This document shows positions 1-9,412 of a DNA stretch of 64,000 bases, piece after piece (position 1 is the first letter of the stretch; each line of letters opens with the position of its first letter). The notes beneath the pieces are model-generated. The model had not been told where the DNA came from. It did no database searches and worked only from the letters and a program-made list of their open reading frames with translations. Both the position numbers and the translations under genes were made by a program. Source of the stretch: an uncultured delta proteobacterium (GTDB lineage Bacteria; Desulfobacterota; Desulfobacteria; Desulfobacterales; B30-G6); contig CAVUUM010000026.1 in NCBI GenBank assembly GCA_963744665.1, positions 97,270 to 161,269 of the forward strand, in the 5' to 3' direction.

Positions 1-933
1 GACATTTGACAGGGGAACATTTTCATACACTTGCGCTTCCTGACCGGACCGGGTATGGGGTTTGACCACAATTTCCATTCCCTCGATCTCGGACAGCAGG
101 TCAAAGGTCTTCAGCATCCTTTCAACATCAATCCGGTAAGCAAAACGGGTTGTCATAAAAACAACTTTCAATCGCCCAGAGTTTTTCGTCACTAATTTCA
201 TGGTACGTGGTAAAATCTTTTTGTTCTGCGCCATCCATTCCCTGCAGTAGCGAGCGCTGCCCATCACGGAGATTCTTTCTTTATCTACGCCTGCCCGGGC
301 TAAAACATCTGCACGCAATTTGTTCTGGGTAATGATGTAATCAAAGCGATTGAATTTTTCATAGCGGCTTTCCTCGCTTGAACCGGTCCTCACAAAACTA
401 TTGGTATATATGAACACACCATGGGGAAGCGCAATAGAGGGGACCGATTTTTCGCCGGCGGCCGTTAAAAGTATGTCGACAACGTATCGATTTGGATTGA
501 CATGGTCAAAACATACAACCCGTGCTCCAGATTGCTCGATAATGTCACGCGCCCAGGCAATGTCGTAAAATTTCTGCCTGCAGCGTTTATAGACTTTTTT
601 GCCGATCTTTCTGGCATACTTTTGGAGGGTCGCCAACCCGGCAGAAAAGAAGGTCCGGGAATGATGGTCAAGCCTGTTGGCAAGTGCAAAAGAGGTCCTG
701 CCGACAAACCGCATGACACGGTGGGTCGGGCCTAAGTTCCGACTGAATTCATCAAAAATATAAGCTACTTTGACTCCCTGATTTCTCAGAAACCGGAGAC
801 GGTAATCAGCATGAAGGTCATACTCCGGATTCAAACAGAAAACAGCCACCGGATAATTATCCTGCTGCAGTTTCCAGACAATAGGCGTGATATGATCGAT
901 GTCGTTGAACTCCCGGACAAAAAACAGGTACAT
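1..933 (-). CDS. Partial CDS (C-terminus runs off the window): polysaccharide-biosynthesis protein, paralog of 8108..9412
   Basis: I translated the minus strand from the ATG at 933..931. It reads MYLFFVREFNDIDHITPIVWKLQQDNYPVAVFC...IALPHGV...MGSARYC...VKPHTRSG and stays open to position 1. It is colinear with MRVTSVYLFFVRHFNDIDHLTPVVWKLRKDRYQVAVFC...LPHGV...GSARYC...KPHTRTH of 8108..9412. It is missing from the ORF track because no stop lies inside the window. Confidence 0.75.
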   Translation of the reverse strand, partial: MYLFFVREFNDIDHITPIVWKLQQDNYPVAVFCLNPEYDLHADYRLRFLRNQGVKVAYIFDEFSRNLGPTHRVMRFVGRTSFALANRLDHHSRTFFSAGLATLQKYARKIGKKVYKRCRQKFYDIAWARDIIEQSGARVVCFDHVNPNRYVVDILLTAAGEKSVPSIALPHGVFIYTNSFVRTGSSEESRYEKFNRFDYIITQNKLRADVLARAGVDKERISVMGSARYCREWMAQNKKILPRTMKLVTKNSGRLKVVFMTTRFAYRIDVERMLKTFDLLSEIEGMEIVVKPHTRSGQEAQVYENVPLSNV

Positions 934-941
934 GTCGTATT

Positions 942-2897
942 TTATCCTTTTCTATCCACTCCGGATGAAAGTGGGCTGTCATGAAGTTTTAAAATCACTT
1001 TTAAATGCTTTCCGCTCTTTGCAATTTCCCAGGCTTCTTTAAATCTGGATAGCGGGAGTACTTTTTCCATGAACACATCGGTCTTTATTTGAGGTAGTAA
1101 TTCGATTGCCAGATCGAAATGCTTGGCCGCACTGCCTACGGAGCCTACAAGCATCTTATCATAGGCGACAATGGTTTCAAACGTATATTGCCGGTGGGCA
1201 TAGGGCAGACCCAGCAGGAGAATCCTGGCGCCGGCTGGACTCTGATGAAGAATAGCATCCAAGGCATCTGGATTGCCTGTCACCTCCACGAGATTTTCAA
1301 AATCAGCCAGACCGGCCAGATCGTCTGAAACACTGATATCGGAACCGCTGAAATATCCCAGCCTTTGATTGTTATGGTCGAAGACTGTCACATGATGGCC
1401 CCAGCGTGCCAGTACCCGGGCGCAAAGGTGCCCGAGTGATCCGGCACCCACCACGGCAACGTGTCTTTGGGCCTTTCTGTCTCGCCAGGTTCGCCGCAGA
1501 CGTTTGAGTCCTTTCAGCGCAACCGCCAGGGGTTCACAAAGACAGGCTTTCATCAGTTCCAAATCCGGCGGCAGCCGATGAACATACCGTCCGGGTACTA
1601 CCACATATTCCGCATAACCACCGTTTCTACCGATAACGCCCAGTTCCGTCCTCTGTCTACAGGCGATCCAATTTTCCCGTTGGCATGCCTCACAGCTGCC
1701 GCAACTTTGAATACATTCCACAACAACGGGATCGCCGGCTTCCAGGTGATTGACGTTGGGTCCCACATTCACCACCCGGCCACTGAACTCATGACCCGGG
1801 ACGATGGGATATTTTGCCGTACCATTCTGGTAATACCCCAGGGTTCCTTCGTAAATTTCGATGTCGGTGGAACAGACAGCTTCGTAGGCCACCCGGATCA
1901 ACGTGTCCCCGGGCTTGACCTCCGGAATCTCAATTTCCTCGATTGCGGCTTGGTGCGCACCATGAATGACCACGGCCTTATAGGTGCGGTCAAAGAGTAT
2001 CTTTTCCCTGAGATTTGGATTTTTCATGATTCCACCGTCCAACAAACCCTTTACGGTGCCGATGCTCTTGTTGGCTCGAAAGCGGATTGTCTGCCGCAAC
2101 ATGTCCCGGAATCGCATTGTGTCAGTTTTCCTATTTTCACCTGCAGACAGGAAGCGTCCCCAGTCAAAAACGAGTCTGACCGCCTCCACTAACGGATTGA
2201 CAATTGCATGTTTGGTCCCTCTGATCCCGATCCAGCGGGCCGCCACCGCCTCGCGGTAGTATCGTCTACGGACCTGTCGCCAGTTTTCCTCATGGATATG
2301 GTAAAGGGCCGCCCGGGGTTCATAGATAACGTGATAGTTACGCTCCATCCAGTATTTGGCCCAGTCAATATCTTCCAGCCCCAGCAGCCCCTCATCAAAT
2401 GGATATTGCTGCCACAGATCCTTGCGAACGGCTGAGTTGGCATTGTTGGCAAAAAACCTGGGCGGTTGTAACATCATACGTTTCATGCCAAACGTGCGGC
2501 GCATATCCTGGCTTTCACTGAATTTGGATGATTTCCCCCCCAGCTGTCGCCCGTAGACCATGGCGGTGTCGGCGTCGCGCAGGGGTTCGATCAGGTTTCC
2601 CAGCCAGTGTTCATCAAACGGACGTGTATGTGCCGAAACAATTGCGATATATTTGCCGGATGTTTCCTGAATCCCGATGTTTAACGAGTGACCAAAGGTG
2701 AAATCGCGGCTCTCAATTGGCAACAACTTGTCGGCTTTTTGGGCCGCAATCTCTCTGGTGCGGTCCAACGAGCCTGAATCGACGACAATGGTTTCATAGT
2801 CGCGATAGGACTGCTGTTCGATTGCCGCCAGCAAATCCGGCAGAAATTTTTCCTCGTTGAAGGTGCGGATAACCACGGATGATTCGGGGTGGTTCAT
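942..2897 (-). CDS. Fusion protein: N-terminal family-2 glycosyltransferase plus C-terminal zinc-type (MDR) alcohol/sorbitol dehydrogenase
   Basis: 651-aa ORF. The N-terminus (SVVIRTFNEEKFLPDLLAAIEQQSYRDYETIVVDSGSLDRT, LEDIDW) is GT2-like. The C-terminus has GHEFSGRVVNVG, CGSCEACQ and VVGAGSLGH (Zn-ADH and Rossmann motifs). Confidence 0.8.
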   Translation of the reverse strand: MNHPESSVVIRTFNEEKFLPDLLAAIEQQSYRDYETIVVDSGSLDRTREIAAQKADKLLPIESRDFTFGHSLNIGIQETSGKYIAIVSAHTRPFDEHWLGNLIEPLRDADTAMVYGRQLGGKSSKFSESQDMRRTFGMKRMMLQPPRFFANNANSAVRKDLWQQYPFDEGLLGLEDIDWAKYWMERNYHVIYEPRAALYHIHEENWRQVRRRYYREAVAARWIGIRGTKHAIVNPLVEAVRLVFDWGRFLSAGENRKTDTMRFRDMLRQTIRFRANKSIGTVKGLLDGGIMKNPNLREKILFDRTYKAVVIHGAHQAAIEEIEIPEVKPGDTLIRVAYEAVCSTDIEIYEGTLGYYQNGTAKYPIVPGHEFSGRVVNVGPNVNHLEAGDPVVVECIQSCGSCEACQRENWIACRQRTELGVIGRNGGYAEYVVVPGRYVHRLPPDLELMKACLCEPLAVALKGLKRLRRTWRDRKAQRHVAVVGAGSLGHLCARVLARWGHHVTVFDHNNQRLGYFSGSDISVSDDLAGLADFENLVEVTGNPDALDAILHQSPAGARILLLGLPYAHRQYTFETIVAYDKMLVGSVGSAAKHFDLAIELLPQIKTDVFMEKVLPLSRFKEAWEIAKSGKHLKVILKLHDSPLSSGVDRKG

Positions 2898-3838
2898 TTT
2901 TCAGCCTTGCGAAGACCCTCGAGCAGGTTTCGTATGGTATTCTCGTGTACCCTGTCCCATGCCCGCGGGCTGCTGTTGGCAGTGTGGGGTGCCAGAAGGC
3001 AGTTGTCCAGGACCCGCAAGGGACTGTCCGCCGGCAAAGGTTCTTCTTCAAATACATCCAGAGCGGCACCGGCGATGCGGTGTTGCTGCAGAGCATCTAT
3101 CAAAGCAGGTTCTTCCAGAACCGGACCGCGTGAGGTGTTGATCAAGTATGCGTCGGCTTTCATCAGCTCAAGCTGTTTCTTGCCGATAAGGTGGTAGGAT
3201 GTGTCGTTGAGGTCCGCGTTTAGGCTGACAAAATCCGCCGTGGCCAGAAGTTTTTCCAGTGAAACAACCTCCAGGCCTGTAGTCGCCACGAAGTCATCGG
3301 GCAGTTCCACAATATCATTGCCAAGAACCCGCATCCCGAAACTTTTGGCGCGCCGCACAACGGCCTTGCCGCAATCCCCCACTCCCACGACACCCAAAAC
3401 AGATTCGCCCAGGGCCATCAGGCGGGGTTTTTCCCACCGGCCCTGCCGGATATCCCGATCCAGCCACGGCAGTTTGCGGGCAAACGTCAATATGTATCCC
3501 AGTACCGTATCCGCCACCGGTTCGGAAAAGGCATTGCGGGTTCTACACACGGGTATACCCCGTTGAGCAGCCGCCTCCGCATCAATGGAATCAATCCCCG
3601 TGCCCCATTTGGAAATTACCTTAAGCCGGGGAGCTGCTGCCAGGACACGCGCAGTAATCCGGTCATCACCGCAAATAATGCCGTCAATGTCTTTCACGAC
3701 CTCAAGTAATTCTTCTTCGCTCAAGCGCTCGTTGACCCGGGCACCAATCAGTTTAACACCCTCCTCGGCAAGACGCTGCCGATAGGTTTCCATCACAGGG
3801 AGAAAATATGGAGCGGAAACCAGAACATTCCAAGTCAT
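2894..3838 (-). CDS. D-isomer-specific 2-hydroxyacid dehydrogenase (phosphoglycerate/glycerate dehydrogenase-like)
   Basis: 314-aa ORF with VLGVVGVGDCGKAVVRRAKSFGMRV (NAD fold) and INTSRGPVLEE...ALDVFEEEP...APH. A 4-nt ATGA overlap joins it to the downstream gene. Confidence 0.8.
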   Translation of the reverse strand: MTWNVLVSAPYFLPVMETYRQRLAEEGVKLIGARVNERLSEEELLEVVKDIDGIICGDDRITARVLAAAPRLKVISKWGTGIDSIDAEAAAQRGIPVCRTRNAFSEPVADTVLGYILTFARKLPWLDRDIRQGRWEKPRLMALGESVLGVVGVGDCGKAVVRRAKSFGMRVLGNDIVELPDDFVATTGLEVVSLEKLLATADFVSLNADLNDTSYHLIGKKQLELMKADAYLINTSRGPVLEEPALIDALQQHRIAGAALDVFEEEPLPADSPLRVLDNCLLAPHTANSSPRAWDRVHENTIRNLLEGLRKAEK

Positions 3839-3883
3839 TGCTATTGTATTCTCCTAATCCGATCGAGCCGGATTTGATTGAGG

Positions 3884-4639
3884 TTACAGATATTCTTTGG
3901 TCAATGAATCCTTTTGCAGCAATTCTTCGACCCGTCTTAAATCTTCATTGGTGTCAACGGCATGGGTGGAATATGCGGTTTGTACCATTTTCACCTTGCG
4001 CCCGTGCTCGATAAACCGCAGCATGTCTATGGACTCGGCCACTTCCAGGGGTGTCGGGGACAGTTGGATAAATTCCTGCAGTGAGGCGGCAGTAAACGGG
4101 ATGATACACACCTGCTTGAAAGTCGCGAGCTGATCGAAGGGCTGAATTCGCCGGGTGGGTATGGCTTCCCGGGACATGTAAACGGCAAACCCATCGGCAT
4201 CCATGACGACTTTGATGGTGTTCGGATCTGCAAATTCTTCTTCCGTTTGAATGCGCGCCGTCAAATTGACACAGGCGATCTGTTTATCATTGTTGCGCAA
4301 GGGTGCCACTGCGGACTCTATCATCTGCGGATAAGTCATTGGTTCATCGCCCTGGACCATAACGATAATATCCGCGCTGAATTTCTCGGCTGCCTCGGCC
4401 ACCCGGTCGCTGGCCCGTTGATGGGAACTGGATGTCATGATGGCCCTGCCGCCAAAGGCGTTGACCGCATCCATAATTTCCTGATCGCAGGTAGCCACAA
4501 AAACATCGTCCAATGCCGGGCACATGGCCGTGCGCCGGTAAACATGCTCGATCATCGGGCGGCCCAGAATGGGTGCCAACGGCTTTCCCGGAAAGCGGGT
4601 CGATCCCATACGGGCCGGTAATACGGCAACAATTTTCAT
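3884..4639 (-). CDS. Sugar-acid cytidylyltransferase (KdsB / CMP-KDO synthetase family)
   Basis: 251-aa ORF. MKIVAVLPARMGSTRFPGKPLAPILGRPMIEHV is the typical N-terminus of the CTP-transferase-3 family. Confidence 0.8.
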   Translation of the reverse strand: MKIVAVLPARMGSTRFPGKPLAPILGRPMIEHVYRRTAMCPALDDVFVATCDQEIMDAVNAFGGRAIMTSSSHQRASDRVAEAAEKFSADIIVMVQGDEPMTYPQMIESAVAPLRNNDKQIACVNLTARIQTEEEFADPNTIKVVMDADGFAVYMSREAIPTRRIQPFDQLATFKQVCIIPFTAASLQEFIQLSPTPLEVAESIDMLRFIEHGRKVKMVQTAYSTHAVDTNEDLRRVEELLQKDSLTKEYL

Positions 4640-4642
4640 GAG

Positions 4643-5278
4643 TTATCCTTCAATGAGTACTGCCCGGGCAGGCGCCCCATCGCTGCCGACCAACTTCAGC
4701 GGCAGGCAAATCAGCTGGTAAGACCCCGGACGAACAGCCTGCAGATCTAATCCCTCCACAACAACAACCCCGGCTTTGAGCAACGTACGGTGGGTCAACG
4801 GTTCTGGATCGGCAAACATTTGCACCGACAAATAATCGACGCCCACCAGTCGAATGTTCCGTTCAACGATCCAGGCCGCCGCTTGCGGGCTGAGAGCGAC
4901 AAAATCGGAATGGAAGTTGTGATCGGGTTTTCGCCACAAGTCCGAATTAGGTGTTTTGAAAAGCAGCCGGCTGGTATCGTGAGGCAGCGAAACACTTTCC
5001 AGAAAATCCGGCTCAATAGACCGGACTGCCGGTACCTCAATCACCATGGCCGGCCCAATAAGTGTGTCCAAGGACAGGTCTTCGACCGTCGAGGCATTGT
5101 CGATAAAGTGTCCCGGAGCATCCACATGGGTGCCGGTGTGCACACTGCAGCAGATCCGTGAAACGTTGCACTCATCTCCTTCTGAAAGCGCCCGATAACG
5201 TTCCAAGACAACCGGGGAGTCGCCAGGCCACACCGGAAGACCCGGGCTGACCGGTACCGAGATATCTATAATTTTCAA
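4643..5278 (-). CDS. Cyclase-family protein (kynurenine formamidase-like metal hydrolase)
   Basis: 211-aa ORF with the HTGTHVDAPGHF motif. It sits 3 nt upstream of the cytidylyltransferase gene on the same strand. Confidence 0.7.
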   Translation of the reverse strand: MKIIDISVPVSPGLPVWPGDSPVVLERYRALSEGDECNVSRICCSVHTGTHVDAPGHFIDNASTVEDLSLDTLIGPAMVIEVPAVRSIEPDFLESVSLPHDTSRLLFKTPNSDLWRKPDHNFHSDFVALSPQAAAWIVERNIRLVGVDYLSVQMFADPEPLTHRTLLKAGVVVVEGLDLQAVRPGSYQLICLPLKLVGSDGAPARAVLIEG

Positions 5279-5565
5279 CGAACACCCCTCTCAGATTGCA
5301 TCAAACGATTCGTGACAACGCACTCAGCTTTGCCGATAGTGGGCCATTATCTATCTTTTGACTTCAATTTTGTCAAGCGTTTTAGTATTTTATGCATCTC
5401 TTATCCATACCTCTAGGTATGGCAAACCATCCTATATTTGGCTTGCAATGCTGTCGAATTTTGTGGTAGATAATAAGTTTACATCCGTAATCAGATTTAA
5501 TTTATTATGGTATGGATATGATTCAGACTTTTCGGTTAGACATGTGAAAGGAGACTACCGGGACC

Positions 5566-6969
5566 ATGACGTCGAAAAATCCTGTTTTATTGATCCCGGT
5601 TGAAAACCAGGTGCGCGAGCTGGATGCCAAGCTTTTGCTGGCCTGCATCGCAGCTATACGGGGACTGCCGTCCATCATCGGCTCCAAGCGGGAAATGGAA
5701 TCGCGCATTACGGATTTCCCAAGAGGCATATACCTCGCCAAATCCCTGCTGCATGGCCACAGCAAGTTTTTAAGAATTGCCCGCAAGCTGGGCTATGAAA
5801 TCGCGGCCTGGGATGAAGATGCCCTGGTCCACCTGCCGGCAGATACCTATTTTTCCCGAAGACTCTCACCCGTATCCATCGGTTGTCTGTCCCATCTTTT
5901 TGCATGGGGAGAAGATAACGCCGAATTGTGGCGCCAGTATCCCGACCTGCCAGCCGATCTACCGATCCATATTACCGGCAACCCCCGCAATGATTTGCTG
6001 CGCCCCGAGATACAACCGTATTATGAAAAGGAAGTCAGCAAAATAAGGGAGACTTACGGGGAGTTCATTCTGATCAATACCAACTTCAATCATGTGAACG
6101 CTTTTTCTCCCATCCGCAATCTATTCCTGCCGACTGACAATCCAGATGAAATACCAAAATTCGGACGAGCCGCCCGGGGTATGCCCCGCGAATATGCCGA
6201 AGGATTGCGAGATCTTAAACAAGCAACTTTCGAACATTTTCAAGAAATGATCCCGGCCCTTGAAAAGGCTTTCCCCAACACCACCATTGTCGTGCGTCCC
6301 CACCAGGTAGAAAATCCCGAGATCTATCGACAAATCGCTTCGGGCTGCCGGCGGGTGCACGTAATAAACGAGGGCAATGTCGTGCTCTGGCTGATGGCCT
6401 GCAAAGTGCTGATCCACAATGGCTGCACCACCAGTGTCGAGGCTTTTGCCATGGGGGTACCGGCGGTCAGCTATCGAGCCACAACAAATGACGAATACGA
6501 CCATGGCTTTTACCGTCTGCCGAACATGCTCAGTCACCCGTGCTTCAATTTAGAGGAACTGCGACAAACCCTTAAAAAAATTCTTGACGGTGAGCTTGGC
6601 GTTGGAAATGGAAACGGGCGACAGGAACTCATTGACCACTACCTGGCCGCACAAAAGGGGCCGCTGGCCTGTGAAAAAATCGTTGATGTTCTTGAAAGGG
6701 CGGCGTCCGATTTATCCAATTTCCCGGGGCCACCGATGGGTGATCGTCTGCAAGCATGGTTCAAGGCAAATACTCGCCGGGTACGGCGATGGTTCAAACT
6801 ACGCAAGGCAGATCCTACCCGATCGCTGGAACACCAGCAAAACAAGTATCCCGAAGTCCCTATTGCCGAGATTCGTAACAGGGTTGAACGTTTTCAGCAA
6901 ATACTCGGCAATGACAGTCGACTTAATATAGAACAAATCTGCCGAAGTCTCTTCCGGATCAGTGCATGA
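5566..6969 (+). CDS. Surface-carbohydrate biosynthesis protein (uncharacterised family); paralog of 10637..12040
   Basis: 467-aa ORF. KNPVLLIPVENQVRELDAKLLLACIAA... aligns along its whole length with KKPVLLIPVENQVRELDAKLLLACVAA... of the minus-strand ORF at 10637. Confidence 0.75.
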   Translation: MTSKNPVLLIPVENQVRELDAKLLLACIAAIRGLPSIIGSKREMESRITDFPRGIYLAKSLLHGHSKFLRIARKLGYEIAAWDEDALVHLPADTYFSRRLSPVSIGCLSHLFAWGEDNAELWRQYPDLPADLPIHITGNPRNDLLRPEIQPYYEKEVSKIRETYGEFILINTNFNHVNAFSPIRNLFLPTDNPDEIPKFGRAARGMPREYAEGLRDLKQATFEHFQEMIPALEKAFPNTTIVVRPHQVENPEIYRQIASGCRRVHVINEGNVVLWLMACKVLIHNGCTTSVEAFAMGVPAVSYRATTNDEYDHGFYRLPNMLSHPCFNLEELRQTLKKILDGELGVGNGNGRQELIDHYLAAQKGPLACEKIVDVLERAASDLSNFPGPPMGDRLQAWFKANTRRVRRWFKLRKADPTRSLEHQQNKYPEVPIAEIRNRVERFQQILGNDSRLNIEQICRSLFRISA

Positions 6970-7024
6970 AAATTATCTGAGAAACATATTATAAAATGCT
7001 TGAAATCGTAACAAGGATAACGTC

Positions 7025-8065
7025 ATGGGTTTGACACCTCAATTTAAACCTGGATTGAATTCCGGATTGACCGGCAATACACTTGATGACAGCCGGACAC
7101 TTTTGGCCAACGCATATGAATCCTGGCTGGAACATATACAACCGGTATCTGCCCCTTTGGCGTTGATTTCACAAATCCAGCGTTCGGGGGGATCTATGCT
7201 GAGCCAGCTTTTTGATGGCCACCCACAAGTGCATGCCCACCCGCATGAATTAAAGTTCGGATATCCTAAAAAATATATCTGGCCCCCCATAGACCTTGGC
7301 AACCGCCCGGATCGATGGTTTGAAATTCTATTCGAAGATATTGTGGTACGGCATTTTCGGTATGGATATAAAAAAATGGCAAAGTACGAGGATACCTTCC
7401 TTTTTATTTTTCTGCCGTTCCTGCAGAAAAAACTTTTCCTGAACTATTTTAAATCCATAAATAAAATAAGCCAAAGAGACGTGTTTGACGCGTACATGAC
7501 TTCTTATTTCGGTGCCTGGGTAAACAACCAGAATCGTCTTGGAGACAAAAGGTTCATTACCGCCTTCACGCCTAGAATGGCCTTTATGGATTCGAACATG
7601 GCGTCGTTTTTCAAGGTATACCCTGACGGTCGCTTGATCTCTGTTGTGCGTGATCCTAAAAACTGGTTTCCCTCTGCAAAGCGTCATCAGGTGGACAAAT
7701 ATGGTGATATCACATTAGCGCTGAACCAGTGGAATGAAAGCACCCGCAGTATGGTTCGCAACAAAAAAGACTATGGCGATCGGGTCTGTATTATCACCTT
7801 CGATGATTTGGTACAACGCACCGGGCCGGTGATGCGCTATCTGGCTGAATTTCTTAACATCCGCTTTGAAGACATTTTATTGACGCCAACCTTCAATAAA
7901 ATACCCATAAAACCGAATACGAGTTTTAAACTTGAAAACCCCGGTATCATGATCAGTGCACTTGAAAGGCACAAGACTTTAAGCCGGGAAGAACTGGATA
8001 CCATCGAGACCATGACGGGCGACAGATATTCGCAGGTCATGAACATGGTTACGTCGATTCCGTGA
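7025..8065 (+). CDS. Sulfotransferase-family protein
   Basis: 346-aa ORF. It has a PAPS-loop-like SQIQRSGGSMLSQL and LISVVRDPKNWFPS. It is a paralog of 9405..10550. Confidence 0.65.
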   Translation: MGLTPQFKPGLNSGLTGNTLDDSRTLLANAYESWLEHIQPVSAPLALISQIQRSGGSMLSQLFDGHPQVHAHPHELKFGYPKKYIWPPIDLGNRPDRWFEILFEDIVVRHFRYGYKKMAKYEDTFLFIFLPFLQKKLFLNYFKSINKISQRDVFDAYMTSYFGAWVNNQNRLGDKRFITAFTPRMAFMDSNMASFFKVYPDGRLISVVRDPKNWFPSAKRHQVDKYGDITLALNQWNESTRSMVRNKKDYGDRVCIITFDDLVQRTGPVMRYLAEFLNIRFEDILLTPTFNKIPIKPNTSFKLENPGIMISALERHKTLSREELDTIETMTGDRYSQVMNMVTSIP

Positions 8066-8107
8066 ACGCCCTGTTGGGTGCCATGCTAAACCTGTCGCAA
8101 GAGTTCC

Positions 8108-9412
8108 GTGAGGGTTACGAGTGTGTATTTATTTTTCGTAAGGCATTTCAATGATATAGACCACCTGACACCTGTGGTATGGAAACTGCGGAAAGACCGC
8201 TATCAGGTGGCTGTTTTCTGCATGAACTTAAGATACGATATCCAGCAGGATTATCGCCTCCGGTTTTTAAAAGATCAAGGTGTGACTGTCGATTATCTGT
8301 ACGATGCATTTGATATAAAACGGGATCCGGTACATCAATTCCTTTATGGGCTCATTCGTGCAAGTTACAATGCCCAGCAGAAACTGACACACAATTCTCA
8401 AGGTTCATCCGGAAGTCTGCCAAAACTGCTGGGCCAACTGTTTGGTCTTGCAGGAACCCTGTTTTATAAAATTGTCCGCTTAATTTATTATGGCCGCCGG
8501 TGGGCACGTTCGGTTTTAGAGCGCACCAATGCGCAGGCAATCTGTTTTGACTACATCATGCCAAGATCGCTCGTTGTTAATGCTTTTTTAAAAGCCGCCC
8601 GACAGATGTCCATACCTGTCCTGACACTGCCACATGGTGTTCAGCTGTATACCAATGAAACAACCAAGCCAAAATCAACGGAGACAAGAAGATTTGCCAA
8701 ATTTAACCGTTTTGACTACATCATCGCATCCGATAAATTACGTAAAGACATTTTGATCAAAGCCGGCGTGGCCGAGAACAAAATTGCCGTGCTCGGAAGT
8801 GCTCGATACTGCCGCACCTGGATAGAGAAAAACAATGAAATAGTTCCAAAAGCATCTGCAACACTCAGCGGCAGTCCGGAAAAATTAAAAGTTGTTCTAA
8901 TGCCTTCCAAGCCTCAATGCCGGCTTGATCTGGAACGCATGTTTGCCTCATGTCAACTGATTTCCGAACTTAACGGAATTGAAGCCGTGATCAAACCCCA
9001 CACCCGGACGCACGCCATAGATCAATTCGGTAATTACCCGCTGCCGGATGTATCCCATATGCTTACGGCGGATCTGTTCGGGTGGGCCGATGTTCTTCTG
9101 GTTGTCGGTTCCAGCGTCATAACCGAGGCGCTCATGCGGAACAAACCGGTTCTTTACCTGAAATACCTGCATGACAATACAACTTTGTTTGAAGAATTGG
9201 GTGCCTGCTGGATCATACGCAATGAACTGGAGCTGAAAAACGCCTTGGTATCCCTGCAGACCCGAAAGACGGAGGTACCGTATAATCAAGAAAGTGTCGC
9301 GGCTTTCCTTGCAGAAATAGTCTACGGAGGTGATAGCAACAGGGATGTGCTGGATGCCTATGAACAGTTTATCGTAAATTGCACTTTGAGAAAATCACCG
9401 ACGTTTGCATAG
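8108..9412 (+). CDS. Polysaccharide-biosynthesis protein (GT-B-like, function unknown); paralog of 1..933
   Basis: 434-aa ORF whose N-terminal and central motifs are shared with the partial CDS at 1..933. It ends in TAG (9410..9412). Confidence 0.7.
   Translation: MRVTSVYLFFVRHFNDIDHLTPVVWKLRKDRYQVAVFCMNLRYDIQQDYRLRFLKDQGVTVDYLYDAFDIKRDPVHQFLYGLIRASYNAQQKLTHNSQGSSGSLPKLLGQLFGLAGTLFYKIVRLIYYGRRWARSVLERTNAQAICFDYIMPRSLVVNAFLKAARQMSIPVLTLPHGVQLYTNETTKPKSTETRRFAKFNRFDYIIASDKLRKDILIKAGVAENKIAVLGSARYCRTWIEKNNEIVPKASATLSGSPEKLKVVLMPSKPQCRLDLERMFASCQLISELNGIEAVIKPHTRTHAIDQFGNYPLPDVSHMLTADLFGWADVLLVVGSSVITEALMRNKPVLYLKYLHDNTTLFEELGACWIIRNELELKNALVSLQTRKTEVPYNQESVAAFLAEIVYGGDSNRDVLDAYEQFIVNCTLRKSPTFA

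Noticed and set aside
465-735. ORFs 465..719 (-) and 502..735 (+) listed in the track
   Set aside because: They sit inside the partial minus-strand CDS 1..933, which reads open in a different frame and is homologous to 8108..9412.
1461-2192. Long antisense ORFs overlapping strong CDS, for example 1461..2192 (+), 31676..32413 (-), 34612..35430 (-), 41033..42256 (+), 44253..45083 (-), 59922..60512 (+) and 21793..22362 (-)
   Set aside because: Each lies entirely inside a gene on the other strand that has clear family motifs. Their translations are low-complexity (Arg/Pro/Gly/His-rich) and have no recognisable domains. These are typical shadow ORFs.
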